Positions 35,872-42,333 of a stretch of 42,333 nucleotides of DNA are shown piece after piece. This stretch comes from a virus (taxonomy: Duplodnaviria; Caudoviricetes). A model generated the notes under the pieces. That model saw only the letters and a list, made by a program, of their open reading frames with translations, was not told the DNA's origin and did not search any database. How positions within the stretch are numbered: the stretch's first letter is position 1; each line of letters begins with the position of its first letter. The position numbers and the translations under genes are program-made. Where the stretch lies: the IMG/VR virus record IMGVR_UViG_3300037419_000510, positions 1-42,333 of that record; one strand, given 5' to 3'.

Positions 35872-37302
35872 TCATGCTGCTTGATCCCGGCAAAGCTCGT
35901 AGCTGCTCTTCGCGTGCTTCCAGTCCAGCACCACGTCACCGCATTTTCCGGGGAGGCCCATGCGAACCTTGTTCACCCGCACGGTCACGATCGTATCGTC
36001 CATGCGCTCGCGGTGAATGACGATCCCGTAATCCGCCTTGTTCGCGAAGTTGGCAGACCCACTCAGGTCGTACAGCGTGGGGATGCGGAGCTTTCCGTCC
36101 ATCTGCGGCTTGCGGGGATGCGCGACGAGCCAGACAGCACAATCGTACAGACGGGCGAAGCGCTTGAGCGCCCGGATTGCCCGACCGGTGTAATCCGTCT
36201 CATTCTCGTCCGACCTGCGCTTGTGCTCGATCTCATTCCAGGGATCGATGACCAACAGCCTCACGCCGTCACGCATCACCGCGACCTTGGCCAGCTCCAG
36301 AAGATAATCGAGGTCCATTTCGGTATCCTCGTTTTCAGGTGTTTGCGCGATGATGCCGAATTTATCATCCAGCAGCTTGTCGGCTGGACCAGGGCGGAGA
36401 CACTGCGGCGAAAACTCGGGCAGTTCATAAATCGCCGCTCGCATCCGGCGCTCAAGGATCGGCCGCGGCATAGTCTCGAATGAGGCCACAGCCATCGGCA
36501 CGCCGCGCTTGAGCAGCTTCGCCAGCGCCACCAGCAACAGCGATGTTTTGCCGCGACCAGCGTAGCCGGTCATTACCGTAAACGTGCCGGGGACTAGGCG
36601 GAACAGGTTATCGAGCCCGTCCATGCCTATTTCGAGCGAGGATATCTCAGCCGGTTCGGGGAAGTCCTGAAAGCGGTAATATCCCTTCACCGGGTAGGGC
36701 TTGGCGAGGTTGATGTTCGCCACGACCGTCGCCATTCCGTGCATCTGCAGAACGTCGTTCAGATCCTTGCAGTCGGTCGCATAGGTCACGAACTTACACC
36801 GCTCCGGCCCAAGCAGGCGAGCGAGGTCAGCCGCAAGAACCCGTCCTGGTTCATCGTCATCCGTGGCGAGGATGAAGGTTTTCACCCGGTCGATCAGGTC
36901 TCGGCTGCGCTGGACGCACTCGTATCGCCTCTCCTCGAACGGATTCTCGCTCTCGTTCCGGGGTGCGCCGTTGGGCACGGACAGGACGTGCGGGAACCCC
37001 GCCTGGATCGCTACCAGCGCATCCCACTCGCCCTCCGTGATTATCACCGGAGCGCCGGCCGCCACCTCCGGGCTCAACAGCACGTCGTGGTTCCACAGAA
37101 CGAGCGGCGACCCCTCGTCCATCCGGTGCCGCTTCTCGCTCGTCATGCGGTGCTTGTGGTTCACCACCTTGCCCCGTTCGACGTAGGGCACGCTCAGCCA
37201 ATTGGCGCCGCCTTCGTGCGTCGTTGCCAGCCCAAGCTTTTCGGCGAGGATCGGGTCTATCCCCCGTCCGCTCAGCCAGTCCCTGTGTCGATCGTGGATC
37301 AT
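35872..37302 (-). CDS. Toprim + SF4 helicase (T7 gp4/Twinkle-like primase-helicase lacking N-terminal zinc domain)
   Basis: ITEGEWDAL, SVPNGA, ATDDDEPG, KDLND; Walker A GYAGRGKT; LLVIDPWN; VAHPRK; LSGSANF.NKAD. Confidence 0.9.
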   Translation of the reverse strand: MIHDRHRDWLSGRGIDPILAEKLGLATTHEGGANWLSVPYVERGKVVNHKHRMTSEKRHRMDEGSPLVLWNHDVLLSPEVAAGAPVIITEGEWDALVAIQAGFPHVLSVPNGAPRNESENPFEERRYECVQRSRDLIDRVKTFILATDDDEPGRVLAADLARLLGPERCKFVTYATDCKDLNDVLQMHGMATVVANINLAKPYPVKGYYRFQDFPEPAEISSLEIGMDGLDNLFRLVPGTFTVMTGYAGRGKTSLLLVALAKLLKRGVPMAVASFETMPRPILERRMRAAIYELPEFSPQCLRPGPADKLLDDKFGIIAQTPENEDTEMDLDYLLELAKVAVMRDGVRLLVIDPWNEIEHKRRSDENETDYTGRAIRALKRFARLYDCAVWLVAHPRKPQMDGKLRIPTLYDLSGSANFANKADYGIVIHRERMDDTIVTVRVNKVRMGLPGKCGDVVLDWKHAKSSYELCRDQAA

Positions 37303-37501
37303 AATTCCGTCCGCCCTTGAACCCGCAGCCATTGTGACAATTCCATTGGACCCCATCCCCGCCAACCGTGACCGATAGGCAGAGGTCGCGCTTGTTTCGT
37401 CGGGTTGCCGAGCATTGCGGGCAGAGGCACTTGTGGTTTCCCTGCCTCCATGAGCGCAGCACGATCCCGGCATCCCCAAGGATTTCGCCGGCCGTCACCA
37501 T
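36857..37501 (-). CDS. primase zinc-binding domain in a separate frame (first ~68 aa domain-like)
   Basis: CPQCSATRRNKRDLCLSV......WNCHNGCGFKG; starts overlapping the initiator stop. Confidence 0.7.
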   Translation of the reverse strand: MVTAGEILGDAGIVLRSWRQGNHKCLCPQCSATRRNKRDLCLSVTVGGDGVQWNCHNGCGFKGGRNYDPRSTQGLAERTGDRPDPRRKAWAGNDARRRRQLAERALRRTGQGGEPQAPHDEREAAPDGRGVAARSVEPRRAVEPGGGGRRSGDNHGGRVGCAGSDPGGVPARPVRAQRRTPERERESVRGEAIRVRPAQPRPDRPGENLHPRHG

Positions 37502-38103
37502 CCCTCACCGCCCACGGCTTGAAGCGCCGGTTTGCGGAGGATCACTTCGATGTACGGGATCGGATCAACAGCGCGCTCCGCTTGGGATTGAGCTATTGCC
37601 GCAGCGGTCCTGCCCCTGCCGTAATCCTTGACCCATTTGCCGATGTGGGCGGCCTTGGCCTTCCCGAGATACGCCTTAGCGCTGTCCCAAAAAGCTTTGT
37701 CCGAATCCGGAGCGTCAGCGCCAGTTACGTTAGTAACTGGAACATCTGTATCTGTATCTGTATCTGGGGGTGTTTCAGTAACGGTTTTGGAACGTTCCCT
37801 GAAACGTTTCACTCTGTCCGTTGAAACGTCCGATTTGTACTGGCGGGCTCCCCACTTGTGCGGCTCAAACCCTTGATCTGTCTTGACAATTAGGCCGCCT
37901 TCAATGAGGCGGCTGAGCATTGCCTTCGCCTTCCTCGGGTCGAGACGCAGGGCGAATGCAATATCGTTCTCGGTCGAAAGGTTCGGCGATCCTCGGGACA
38001 TCAGGCACAGAAGGTTGACCCATCCCTTGAAATCATCGCCGGAAAGGCGCTGAACTTTGGGGTCATCCAGCAGCTCGTCGTACATGCGAAACCAACGGCT
38101 CAT
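37495..38103 (-). CDS. phage replication initiator / replisome organiser
   Basis: MSRWFRMYDELLDDPKVQRL, W..RQYKSD.ST.RVKRFRER, PDTDTDTD linker. Confidence 0.8.
   Translation of the reverse strand: MSRWFRMYDELLDDPKVQRLSGDDFKGWVNLLCLMSRGSPNLSTENDIAFALRLDPRKAKAMLSRLIEGGLIVKTDQGFEPHKWGARQYKSDVSTDRVKRFRERSKTVTETPPDTDTDTDVPVTNVTGADAPDSDKAFWDSAKAYLGKAKAAHIGKWVKDYGRGRTAAAIAQSQAERAVDPIPYIEVILRKPALQAVGGEGW
37721..37828. other. Probable replication origin inside initiator gene
   Basis: Palindromes CCAGTTAC-N4-GTAACTGG (37721), GGAACGTTCC (37789), TGAAACGTTTCA (37800); extra TGAAAC half-sites; (TCTGTA)x3. Confidence 0.55.
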
Positions 38104-38552
38104 GCCTCGTCAACCTCCATGGTGATGACGAGCCGCGGGCGATTGGAATAACGCTTGCGGATGATCAGGTCCGTGACCTGGCTATCGTCGCGAAAGAGAA
38201 TGCCGTTGCAGCCATCGAGCGCGGCCTTGCAAAAATTGTCCGCATCAGGCCGCGTGGTGGGCTTGAGGATGCCATCGATCGCTTCGGCGCGCTTTACCCG
38301 GCTGAAGCCCTTGGGCATCGCCAGGTAGGCGGCAACAGTCAGTGTAACGGCGCCCTGGATAGGTAGTCGGCCCTGCATGACCTTGACAGCCTCACAGCGT
38401 ACCAGATCCTCGTAATGGCGGGTCTTGGCTGGCGTGTAGACGCGGGCGAACCTACCGCGCGTCGTTACTCGGGCGCGGCCCTTTGCCACGGGTGCCCCGT
38501 CAACAGTGACGATCACCAATTCTGGAGCTGGAGCGACCCAAGGCGCGTTCAT
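38100..38552 (-). CDS. rusA: RusA-family Holliday junction resolvase
   Basis: PVAKGRAR, YTPAKT..YE, RPDADN..KAALDG.NG..F.DDSQV. Confidence 0.9.
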   Translation of the reverse strand: MNAPWVAPAPELVIVTVDGAPVAKGRARVTTRGRFARVYTPAKTRHYEDLVRCEAVKVMQGRLPIQGAVTLTVAAYLAMPKGFSRVKRAEAIDGILKPTTRPDADNFCKAALDGCNGILFRDDSQVTDLIIRKRYSNRPRLVITMEVDEA

Positions 38553-38755
38553 GCCGCGTCCTCTTCATGCTTCCAGTCGTACCGATCGTCCTTGCCGCAT
38601 ACGTATTCAGCGTCACTGCGCATGGAATCGGATGCACCGCGTGGAAGAATGATCATGTTATCCCGAACCATTGCGCCGCCGGCCTTGAGCGATGTCAGGT
38701 GGCGGCTTATGTTCGGACGACGCGCTGTGACGGAGTAGCTCATATCGCCTGCCAC
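38549..38755 (-). CDS. hypothetical protein
   Basis: Overlaps neighbours; ends in EDAA. Confidence 0.6.
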   Translation of the reverse strand: MAGDMSYSVTARRPNISRHLTSLKAGGAMVRDNMIILPRGASDSMRSDAEYVCGKDDRYDWKHEEDAA

Positions 38756-38928
38756 CCCATCCGCTTCGCCAGCCGATTGAAGCGCTTTGCCGCTTGATCC
38801 TTGGTAATGCCCAGGATCGTCCCGGCGCGGGAAAAGGACGAGCCTTCGCCGATCGCGTCCATAAGCAAGGCGTCCATGTCCGCGGTCCAGCTATCGCGAT
38901 ATTTCCGGTCTGATGCGCCGATGGTCAT
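38740..38928 (-). CDS. GcrA-N-terminus-like / Myb-like HTH protein
   Basis: WT..MDALL.....EG.SFS..G..LG.TK.....RFNRL. Confidence 0.55.
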   Translation of the reverse strand: MTIGASDRKYRDSWTADMDALLMDAIGEGSSFSRAGTILGITKDQAAKRFNRLAKRMGWQAI

Positions 38929-39191
38929 GCGGCCTCCTTCTCAGCCGTCTGTCTGCGGATAAGTTCGGTGCGCAGATCCAAATTAGCCTTCTCGGCGAAG
39001 CGGAGTTTGCGCATGATGCGGCCCCACGCGGAGGCGTAAAAGTCGGCGCGCTTGCGGGCGCGTTTAAGATCGGCTTTCAGGGCGCGGATTTGTTTGGCGG
39101 CTTTGTCCACACGATTCAGGCAAATGCAGTGGACAGCTATAGCTCCCCCTGTTGCTAGGAGAGCCCAGGTTATGGCTGTGGTGAGGATCAT
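38925..39191 (-). CDS. membrane-anchored coiled-coil protein
   Basis: N-terminal TM, basic coiled coil, ATGA coupling. Confidence 0.6.
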   Translation of the reverse strand: MILTTAITWALLATGGAIAVHCICLNRVDKAAKQIRALKADLKRARKRADFYASAWGRIMRKLRFAEKANLDLRTELIRRQTAEKEAA

Positions 39192-39340
39192 GCTGCCCTC
39201 CGAGTTGCATAGGAAAGAACGGCGACCGCCGCGTTGGCGGCTGCGAGAAAGCCGAGAATGGCGGCAAGCCCAGCGTGGCCCGCTGCCACATTGGCGACAC
39301 ACATGATGCCGCAAAAGACGGTGGCGAGAGCGTTGATCAT
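39188..39340 (-). CDS. small membrane protein
   Basis: Two hydrophobic segments, ATGA coupling. Confidence 0.55.
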   Translation of the reverse strand: MINALATVFCGIMCVANVAAGHAGLAAILGFLAAANAAVAVLSYATRRAA

Positions 39341-40095
39341 GCTGCGAGCCTTTCGGTTTCCCGAGCGGCAAGAATTGCGCGACCGATTAGCTCGGGGATT
39401 TGAGGGACAACGGCGTTTCCGCACGAGGCAATACGCCCCACCCGATCGGGAACCCCATCACGCGCTCCACAAAGTCGGGGTGAGGGAAGATTGGATCGTC
39501 CGGGCCATCTCTCAGCCACTCGCGGAGATTGGAACGACAAGTCGGACTGCCGAAGTATCGGTTGCGGGGAGCGCCCTTCGCATCCGCTGACTTCGTGGGG
39601 GTAGGCAACCACCCACACTCGGTCCCGTTTATGCCAGGCCCCAAGGTAGGAAGCTGGTATGCAATACCATTCAGCATCATACCCGATCTCGGCCAACGAT
39701 CCGAGAACTCGGCCCATCCCGTTACCAAGCAACTCTGCGACGTTTTCCACGAGCACGTAGCGCGGTCGAAGTTCGCCAATAAGTCGCCGATAGTCATACC
39801 AGAGGCCGCTGCGCTCACCGTCGAGGCCTTCACGAGCGCCGGCAATGGATACGTCCTGACACGGGAATCCCCCGCAGATGATGTCAACGGCAACTCCATC
39901 GGCAGCAAGCCGCTCTCCGGTGAGGGTTCGGACATCGTCATAGCAGGGCACCTTGGGCCAATGTTTCGCCAACACACGCTGGCAGAACGGATCGATCTCG
40001 CAGAACGCTACGGTCTCGAAACCGCCCGTGCGCTCAAGGCCAAGGTCGAAACCGCCAATTCCGGCGAACAGGGAAAGGACGCGCAGCTTGATCAT
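39337..40095 (-). CDS. DNA (cytosine-5) methyltransferase, large (alpha) chain
   Basis: FAGIGG (I), GGFPCQD (IV), ENV (VI), HKRDRVW (VIII), GNAVVP (X); motif IX not seen in this frame. Confidence 0.92.
   Translation of the reverse strand: MIKLRVLSLFAGIGGFDLGLERTGGFETVAFCEIDPFCQRVLAKHWPKVPCYDDVRTLTGERLAADGVAVDIICGGFPCQDVSIAGAREGLDGERSGLWYDYRRLIGELRPRYVLVENVAELLGNGMGRVLGSLAEIGYDAEWYCIPASYLGAWHKRDRVWVVAYPHEVSGCEGRSPQPILRQSDLSFQSPRVAERWPGRSNLPSPRLCGARDGVPDRVGRIASCGNAVVPQIPELIGRAILAARETERLAA
39387..39941 (-). CDS. nested alternative-frame small (beta) chain of the C5 methyltransferase
   Basis: Open frame fully inside MTase gene; SWKTSQ, WPRSGMM.NG..Y, LPTP, P.FVERVMGFPIGW (motif IX-like); start uncertain (39977/39941/39935). 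Confidence 0.75.
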   Translation of the reverse strand: MTMSEPSPESGLLPMELPLTSSAGDSRVRTYPLPALVKASTVSAAASGMTIGDLLANFDRATCSWKTSQSCLVTGWAEFSDRWPRSGMMLNGIAYQLPTLGPGINGTECGWLPTPTKSADAKGAPRNRYFGSPTCRSNLREWLRDGPDDPIFPHPDFVERVMGFPIGWGVLPRAETPLSLKSPS

Positions 40096-40550
40096 GCCAC
40101 GCTCCGCAGCGCCAAGCGCTCGCGCATCCGGTCGATATGCTGGCCTGCGCTTTCCAGTGCGGTGCGCATGGCGGAAAGCTCGCTGTCGTCTATCTTGCCG
40201 TCTTCAAGGGCTAGAGACATCTCAAGGAGGAGACGGGTCAGCGCAGATGCAGCGGAACGGTCGTTGCCCTCGCCAGCGTCCAGATGGACCAGCTTCACGC
40301 CCTTTGCGGCGGCGATTTCGTTCAGCGCGCTCGGGTCGACATCAAGCAGATTCCAGTGGCAGGCCAGCCCCAACGTGCTATCCTCGTCACGGGCACGGCG
40401 GACGGTCTTTTCGTCGCAGCCGATCTCCAGCGCGACCCGGCTAGGGCCGTGAACATGGCAGGCGCGGATTAGCCCCTCGGCAAGCAAATGGCGGGCATCC
40501 GTGTCCGTCAAGCGCTTTACGGGCGGGCGGACATTGTTGCACTGCGGCAT
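40092..40550 (-). CDS. CII-like phage regulatory protein
   Basis: HTH (VALEIGCDEKTVRRAR), ALEDGKIDDSE motif, downstream of cro. Confidence 0.6.
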   Translation of the reverse strand: MPQCNNVRPPVKRLTDTDARHLLAEGLIRACHVHGPSRVALEIGCDEKTVRRARDEDSTLGLACHWNLLDVDPSALNEIAAAKGVKLVHLDAGEGNDRSAASALTRLLLEMSLALEDGKIDDSELSAMRTALESAGQHIDRMRERLALRSVA

Positions 40551-40786
40551 TAGAAATTACCCCCAGAATGGTTATGAAACGAGCCCTCTTTGGACCAATC
40601 CGCGCCGGCCGCCTGACCAGCGTCATCGCCCGTCGTGCTGCGTCCATTGCGAAGGCGCGCGTAGAGGTCGAAGGGTGCGCAGATGAGCCACACAGCAGCA
40701 TTGACGAGAGCAACGGTTGCGGAACCGGGCTCAGCCTGAGCGCGAGGAGCGAGGTTGTCGCTCGCGCAGTCCCAATCGCAGCTCAC
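40550..40786 (-). CDS. hypothetical protein
   Basis: Coupled to both neighbours. Confidence 0.45.
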   Translation of the reverse strand: MSCDWDCASDNLAPRAQAEPGSATVALVNAAVWLICAPFDLYARLRNGRSTTGDDAGQAAGADWSKEGSFHNHSGGNF

Positions 40787-40968
40787 AGCAAAACCCTGTC
40801 CGGGCGGACTTTTGGAGCCGCCCGCCCGGACTCATTCGATCGTCCTGTGGGGGAGGTGATCGAATGGAACTGAATAGGAATGAACCGCGCGAGGAACGGC
40901 TTACCGTCCAGGGCCGCAATGACGTTAACAGGCGCGTCGATTGGTGCGAGGATTGTCGGGTGCGTCAC
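40783..40968 (-). CDS. hypothetical protein
   Basis: GTGA coupling on both sides. Confidence 0.5.
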   Translation of the reverse strand: MTHPTILAPIDAPVNVIAALDGKPFLARFIPIQFHSITSPTGRSNESGRAAPKVRPDRVLL

Positions 40969-41336
40969 GCCTCACCCCGCTCTAAAACGCAGCGGTCGCA
41001 GAGACACTCGGAGACAGTTAAGCCCCCGTTACGAAAGGTTAATTTCGCGAAACTTGCGTCATTTTGGCGCAACGTACTTGACCCAACATATGTTAAGTCG
41101 CAGCCTGTCCTGTCGCGGGAGATGGTTGCGTGTGCAAGGTATTCATTGACGAAATGCCGGCGGTTAAGATTGTCGGCGGGATGGTCCATATCACCAGAGC
41201 AGATGGTGAATGCGAGGTCTGGCCGTTCGAAGTTTTCGAGGCCTTCATGTTCGCCGGTATGGAAGTCGTCACAGCGTGGCGCGGCAGACAGCGCAGCACG
41301 GGAACTGTACTTCCCTTCAAGAAGTAGCCCGCTCAC
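40965..41336 (-). CDS. hypothetical protein (overlapped by an antisense ORF)
   Basis: GTGA coupling to cro and to next gene. Confidence 0.4.
   Translation of the reverse strand: MSGLLLEGKYSSRAALSAAPRCDDFHTGEHEGLENFERPDLAFTICSGDMDHPADNLNRRHFVNEYLAHATISRDRTGCDLTYVGSSTLRQNDASFAKLTFRNGGLTVSECLCDRCVLERGEA
41130..41327 (+). CDS. small protein antisense to the cro operon
   Basis: Protein-like 65 aa ending VLPFKK; GGGAG upstream. Confidence 0.5.
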   Translation: MCKVFIDEMPAVKIVGGMVHITRADGECEVWPFEVFEAFMFAGMEVVTAWRGRQRSTGTVLPFKK

Positions 41337-41542
41337 GCTGCGATCCCGTCAATGCGGGCGAGCGTAGCAATGTCATCGTCCGACAATTGTGCGATCGGAC
41401 CAAGCTTCAGCCCCGTCCGTTGGAAAATCGAAATCGCCAGAGGCCTAGAGGGGGTGCGAACCCCGCTCAAAATCTGGCTGGCATATGGAATGCTTATGCC
41501 AGCTTGGGCGGCGAAAACGGTGGGCTTCGGTTCGTCTGACAT
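41333..41542 (-). CDS. Cro-like HTH regulator
   Basis: FAAQAGISIPYASQILSGVRTPS..LA..I; divergent from repressor. Confidence 0.85.
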   Translation of the reverse strand: MSDEPKPTVFAAQAGISIPYASQILSGVRTPSRPLAISIFQRTGLKLGPIAQLSDDDIATLARIDGIAA

Positions 41543-41551
41543 TCCCCTTTC

Positions 41552-41633
41552 TTTGCATAACGCAAAGTCGGAGGCAAGCGTTTAGTGTTGCATACCGCAA
41601 ACGACCTTCGGAGGCCGCCTTGCTATTATGCAA
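41552..41633. promoter_or_regulatory. Operators between cro and repressor
   Basis: TTTGCATAACGCAAA (41552), TTGCATACCGCAA (41588), TTGCTATTATGCAA (41620). Confidence 0.75.
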
Positions 41634-41635
41634 GA

Positions 41636-41959
41636 ATGGCAGATCACAGCAGACCCAAGCGCTATACGAACTGGTATTTGCGCGACTGGATGCGGACGCT
41701 GCATGTCCGCCAGGCCGATCTGGTTGAAAAGACGGATCTGAATACCACCGCCGTAAGCCTGCTGTGCAATGACCGCCAGGATTATAGTCCTGCGATTATA
41801 AGAGATGTCGCGCGTGCGATGAATATCGCGCCGTATGAGCTGCTGATGCATCCCGAGGACGCCATGGCCCTACGCCAGCTCCGCCGCAATGCCGTTCAGG
41901 TTGTCGAGACCAGCAAGACCTTAGATTCGCCGCGCGAGGCCACCGGCACAGGGGGATAA
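41636..41959 (+). CDS. CI-like XRE HTH repressor (no peptidase domain)
   Basis: WYLRDW......QADL.......TAVSLL......Y....I..VARAMNIAPYELLMHP. Confidence 0.85.
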   Translation: MADHSRPKRYTNWYLRDWMRTLHVRQADLVEKTDLNTTAVSLLCNDRQDYSPAIIRDVARAMNIAPYELLMHPEDAMALRQLRRNAVQVVETSKTLDSPREATGTGG

Positions 41960-41978
41960 AAGCCGCCTCGTAAAAAAG

Positions 41979-42027
41979 TTTGCACAATGCAACATTTCGG
42001 TTGACCAGCCTCTTTGCATAGTGCAAA
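41979..42027 (+). promoter_or_regulatory. Early promoter with two operators
   Basis: TTTGCACAATGCAA (41979), TTGACC -35 (42001), TTTGCATAGTGCAAA (42013). Confidence 0.75.
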
Positions 42028-42066
42028 CAACCTCCACAGCGCCACCCCGGCGCATCGGAGGTTCAG

Positions 42067-42333
42067 GTGGCGACTACCGCAAAAACAAAGAAGGCCAAGG
42101 CTCCGGCGAAAGCGGTAGAGCCCGGCAAAAAGTACGAGCTGGTCGCCGACGACTTCATTCTGGACTGGCGCGGAGTAAAGCTGTTCCGCATCCGGGCGCT
42201 GGTCGCCATCGGCCTCCATGTCGCCGCTGGCGATCTCGGCGGGTACGTCGAGAAAGAGGGGAATCTTGCGCAGTTCTACGGCAATGCGTGGGTCTACGGC
42301 GATGCGCAGGTCTACGGCGATGCGCAGGTCTAC
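42067..42333 (+). CDS. N-terminal part of hexapeptide-repeat protein (continues at position 3)
   Basis: GGAGG RBS, GTG start; KKYEL...LFRIRAL......GDLGGYVEKEGNL...GNAWVYGDA. Confidence 0.85.
   Translation, partial: MATTAKTKKAKAPAKAVEPGKKYELVADDFILDWRGVKLFRIRALVAIGLHVAAGDLGGYVEKEGNLAQFYGNAWVYGDAQVYGDAQVY
42242..42333 (+). repeat. Terminal direct repeat / circular overlap (copy 2)
   Basis: Matches 1-92. Confidence 0.95.

Larger units (their letters stand above)
1..42333. mobile_element. Complete temperate phage genome, circular (non-integrated) form, podovirus-like
   Basis: Terminal overlap 1-92 = 42242-42333; full set of lysogeny, replication, packaging, head, short-tail/ejection and lysis genes; no tape-measure gene or host genes; unsplit attP next to integrase. 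Confidence 0.95.

Noticed and set aside
39337-40095. Restriction-modification system
   Set aside because: No adjacent restriction endonuclease; orphan methyltransferase within the early lytic operon
42242-42333. DGR template/variable repeat pair
   Set aside because: No reverse transcriptase in the genome; the repeat is the circular overlap and mismatches go in both A/G directions

Overview
The window is almost certainly one complete, circularly permuted genome (about 42,241 bp) of a temperate, short-tailed (podovirus-like) phage. An alphaproteobacterial host, probably Sphingomonadaceae, is inferred from gene content. The last 92 nt repeat the first 92 nt and one gene runs across the join. 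Modules: (i) CI/Cro switch with TTGC-N5-GCAA operators (41.3-42.0 kb); (ii) rightward early arm with ERF annealase, YqaJ exonuclease, many small ORFs, xis/int and an intact attP carrying a tRNA 3' end and four arm repeats (0-8.7 kb); (iii) a second accessory operon behind a ribbon-helix-helix switch (8.6-13.5 kb); (iv) leftward lysis, tail/ejection, head and packaging genes with a glycosyltransferase moron (13.5-34 kb); (v) leftward replication/regulation genes (HNH, primase-helicase, initiator, RusA, C5 methyltransferase; 34-41 kb). The most striking unexplained signal is a family of 6 (+1 variant) diverged 60-85 nt multi-hairpin elements confined to the accessory region. They show clear base-pair covariation, many GNA triloops and a tandem G.A core, occur in both orientations, always point away from the adjacent gene, and twice bracket a cargo segment as an inverted pair. 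Also notable are a C5 methyltransferase apparently split over two overlapping reading frames and a primase whose zinc-binding domain lies in a different frame. All product calls come from motif recognition and synteny by eye; no database searches were run.
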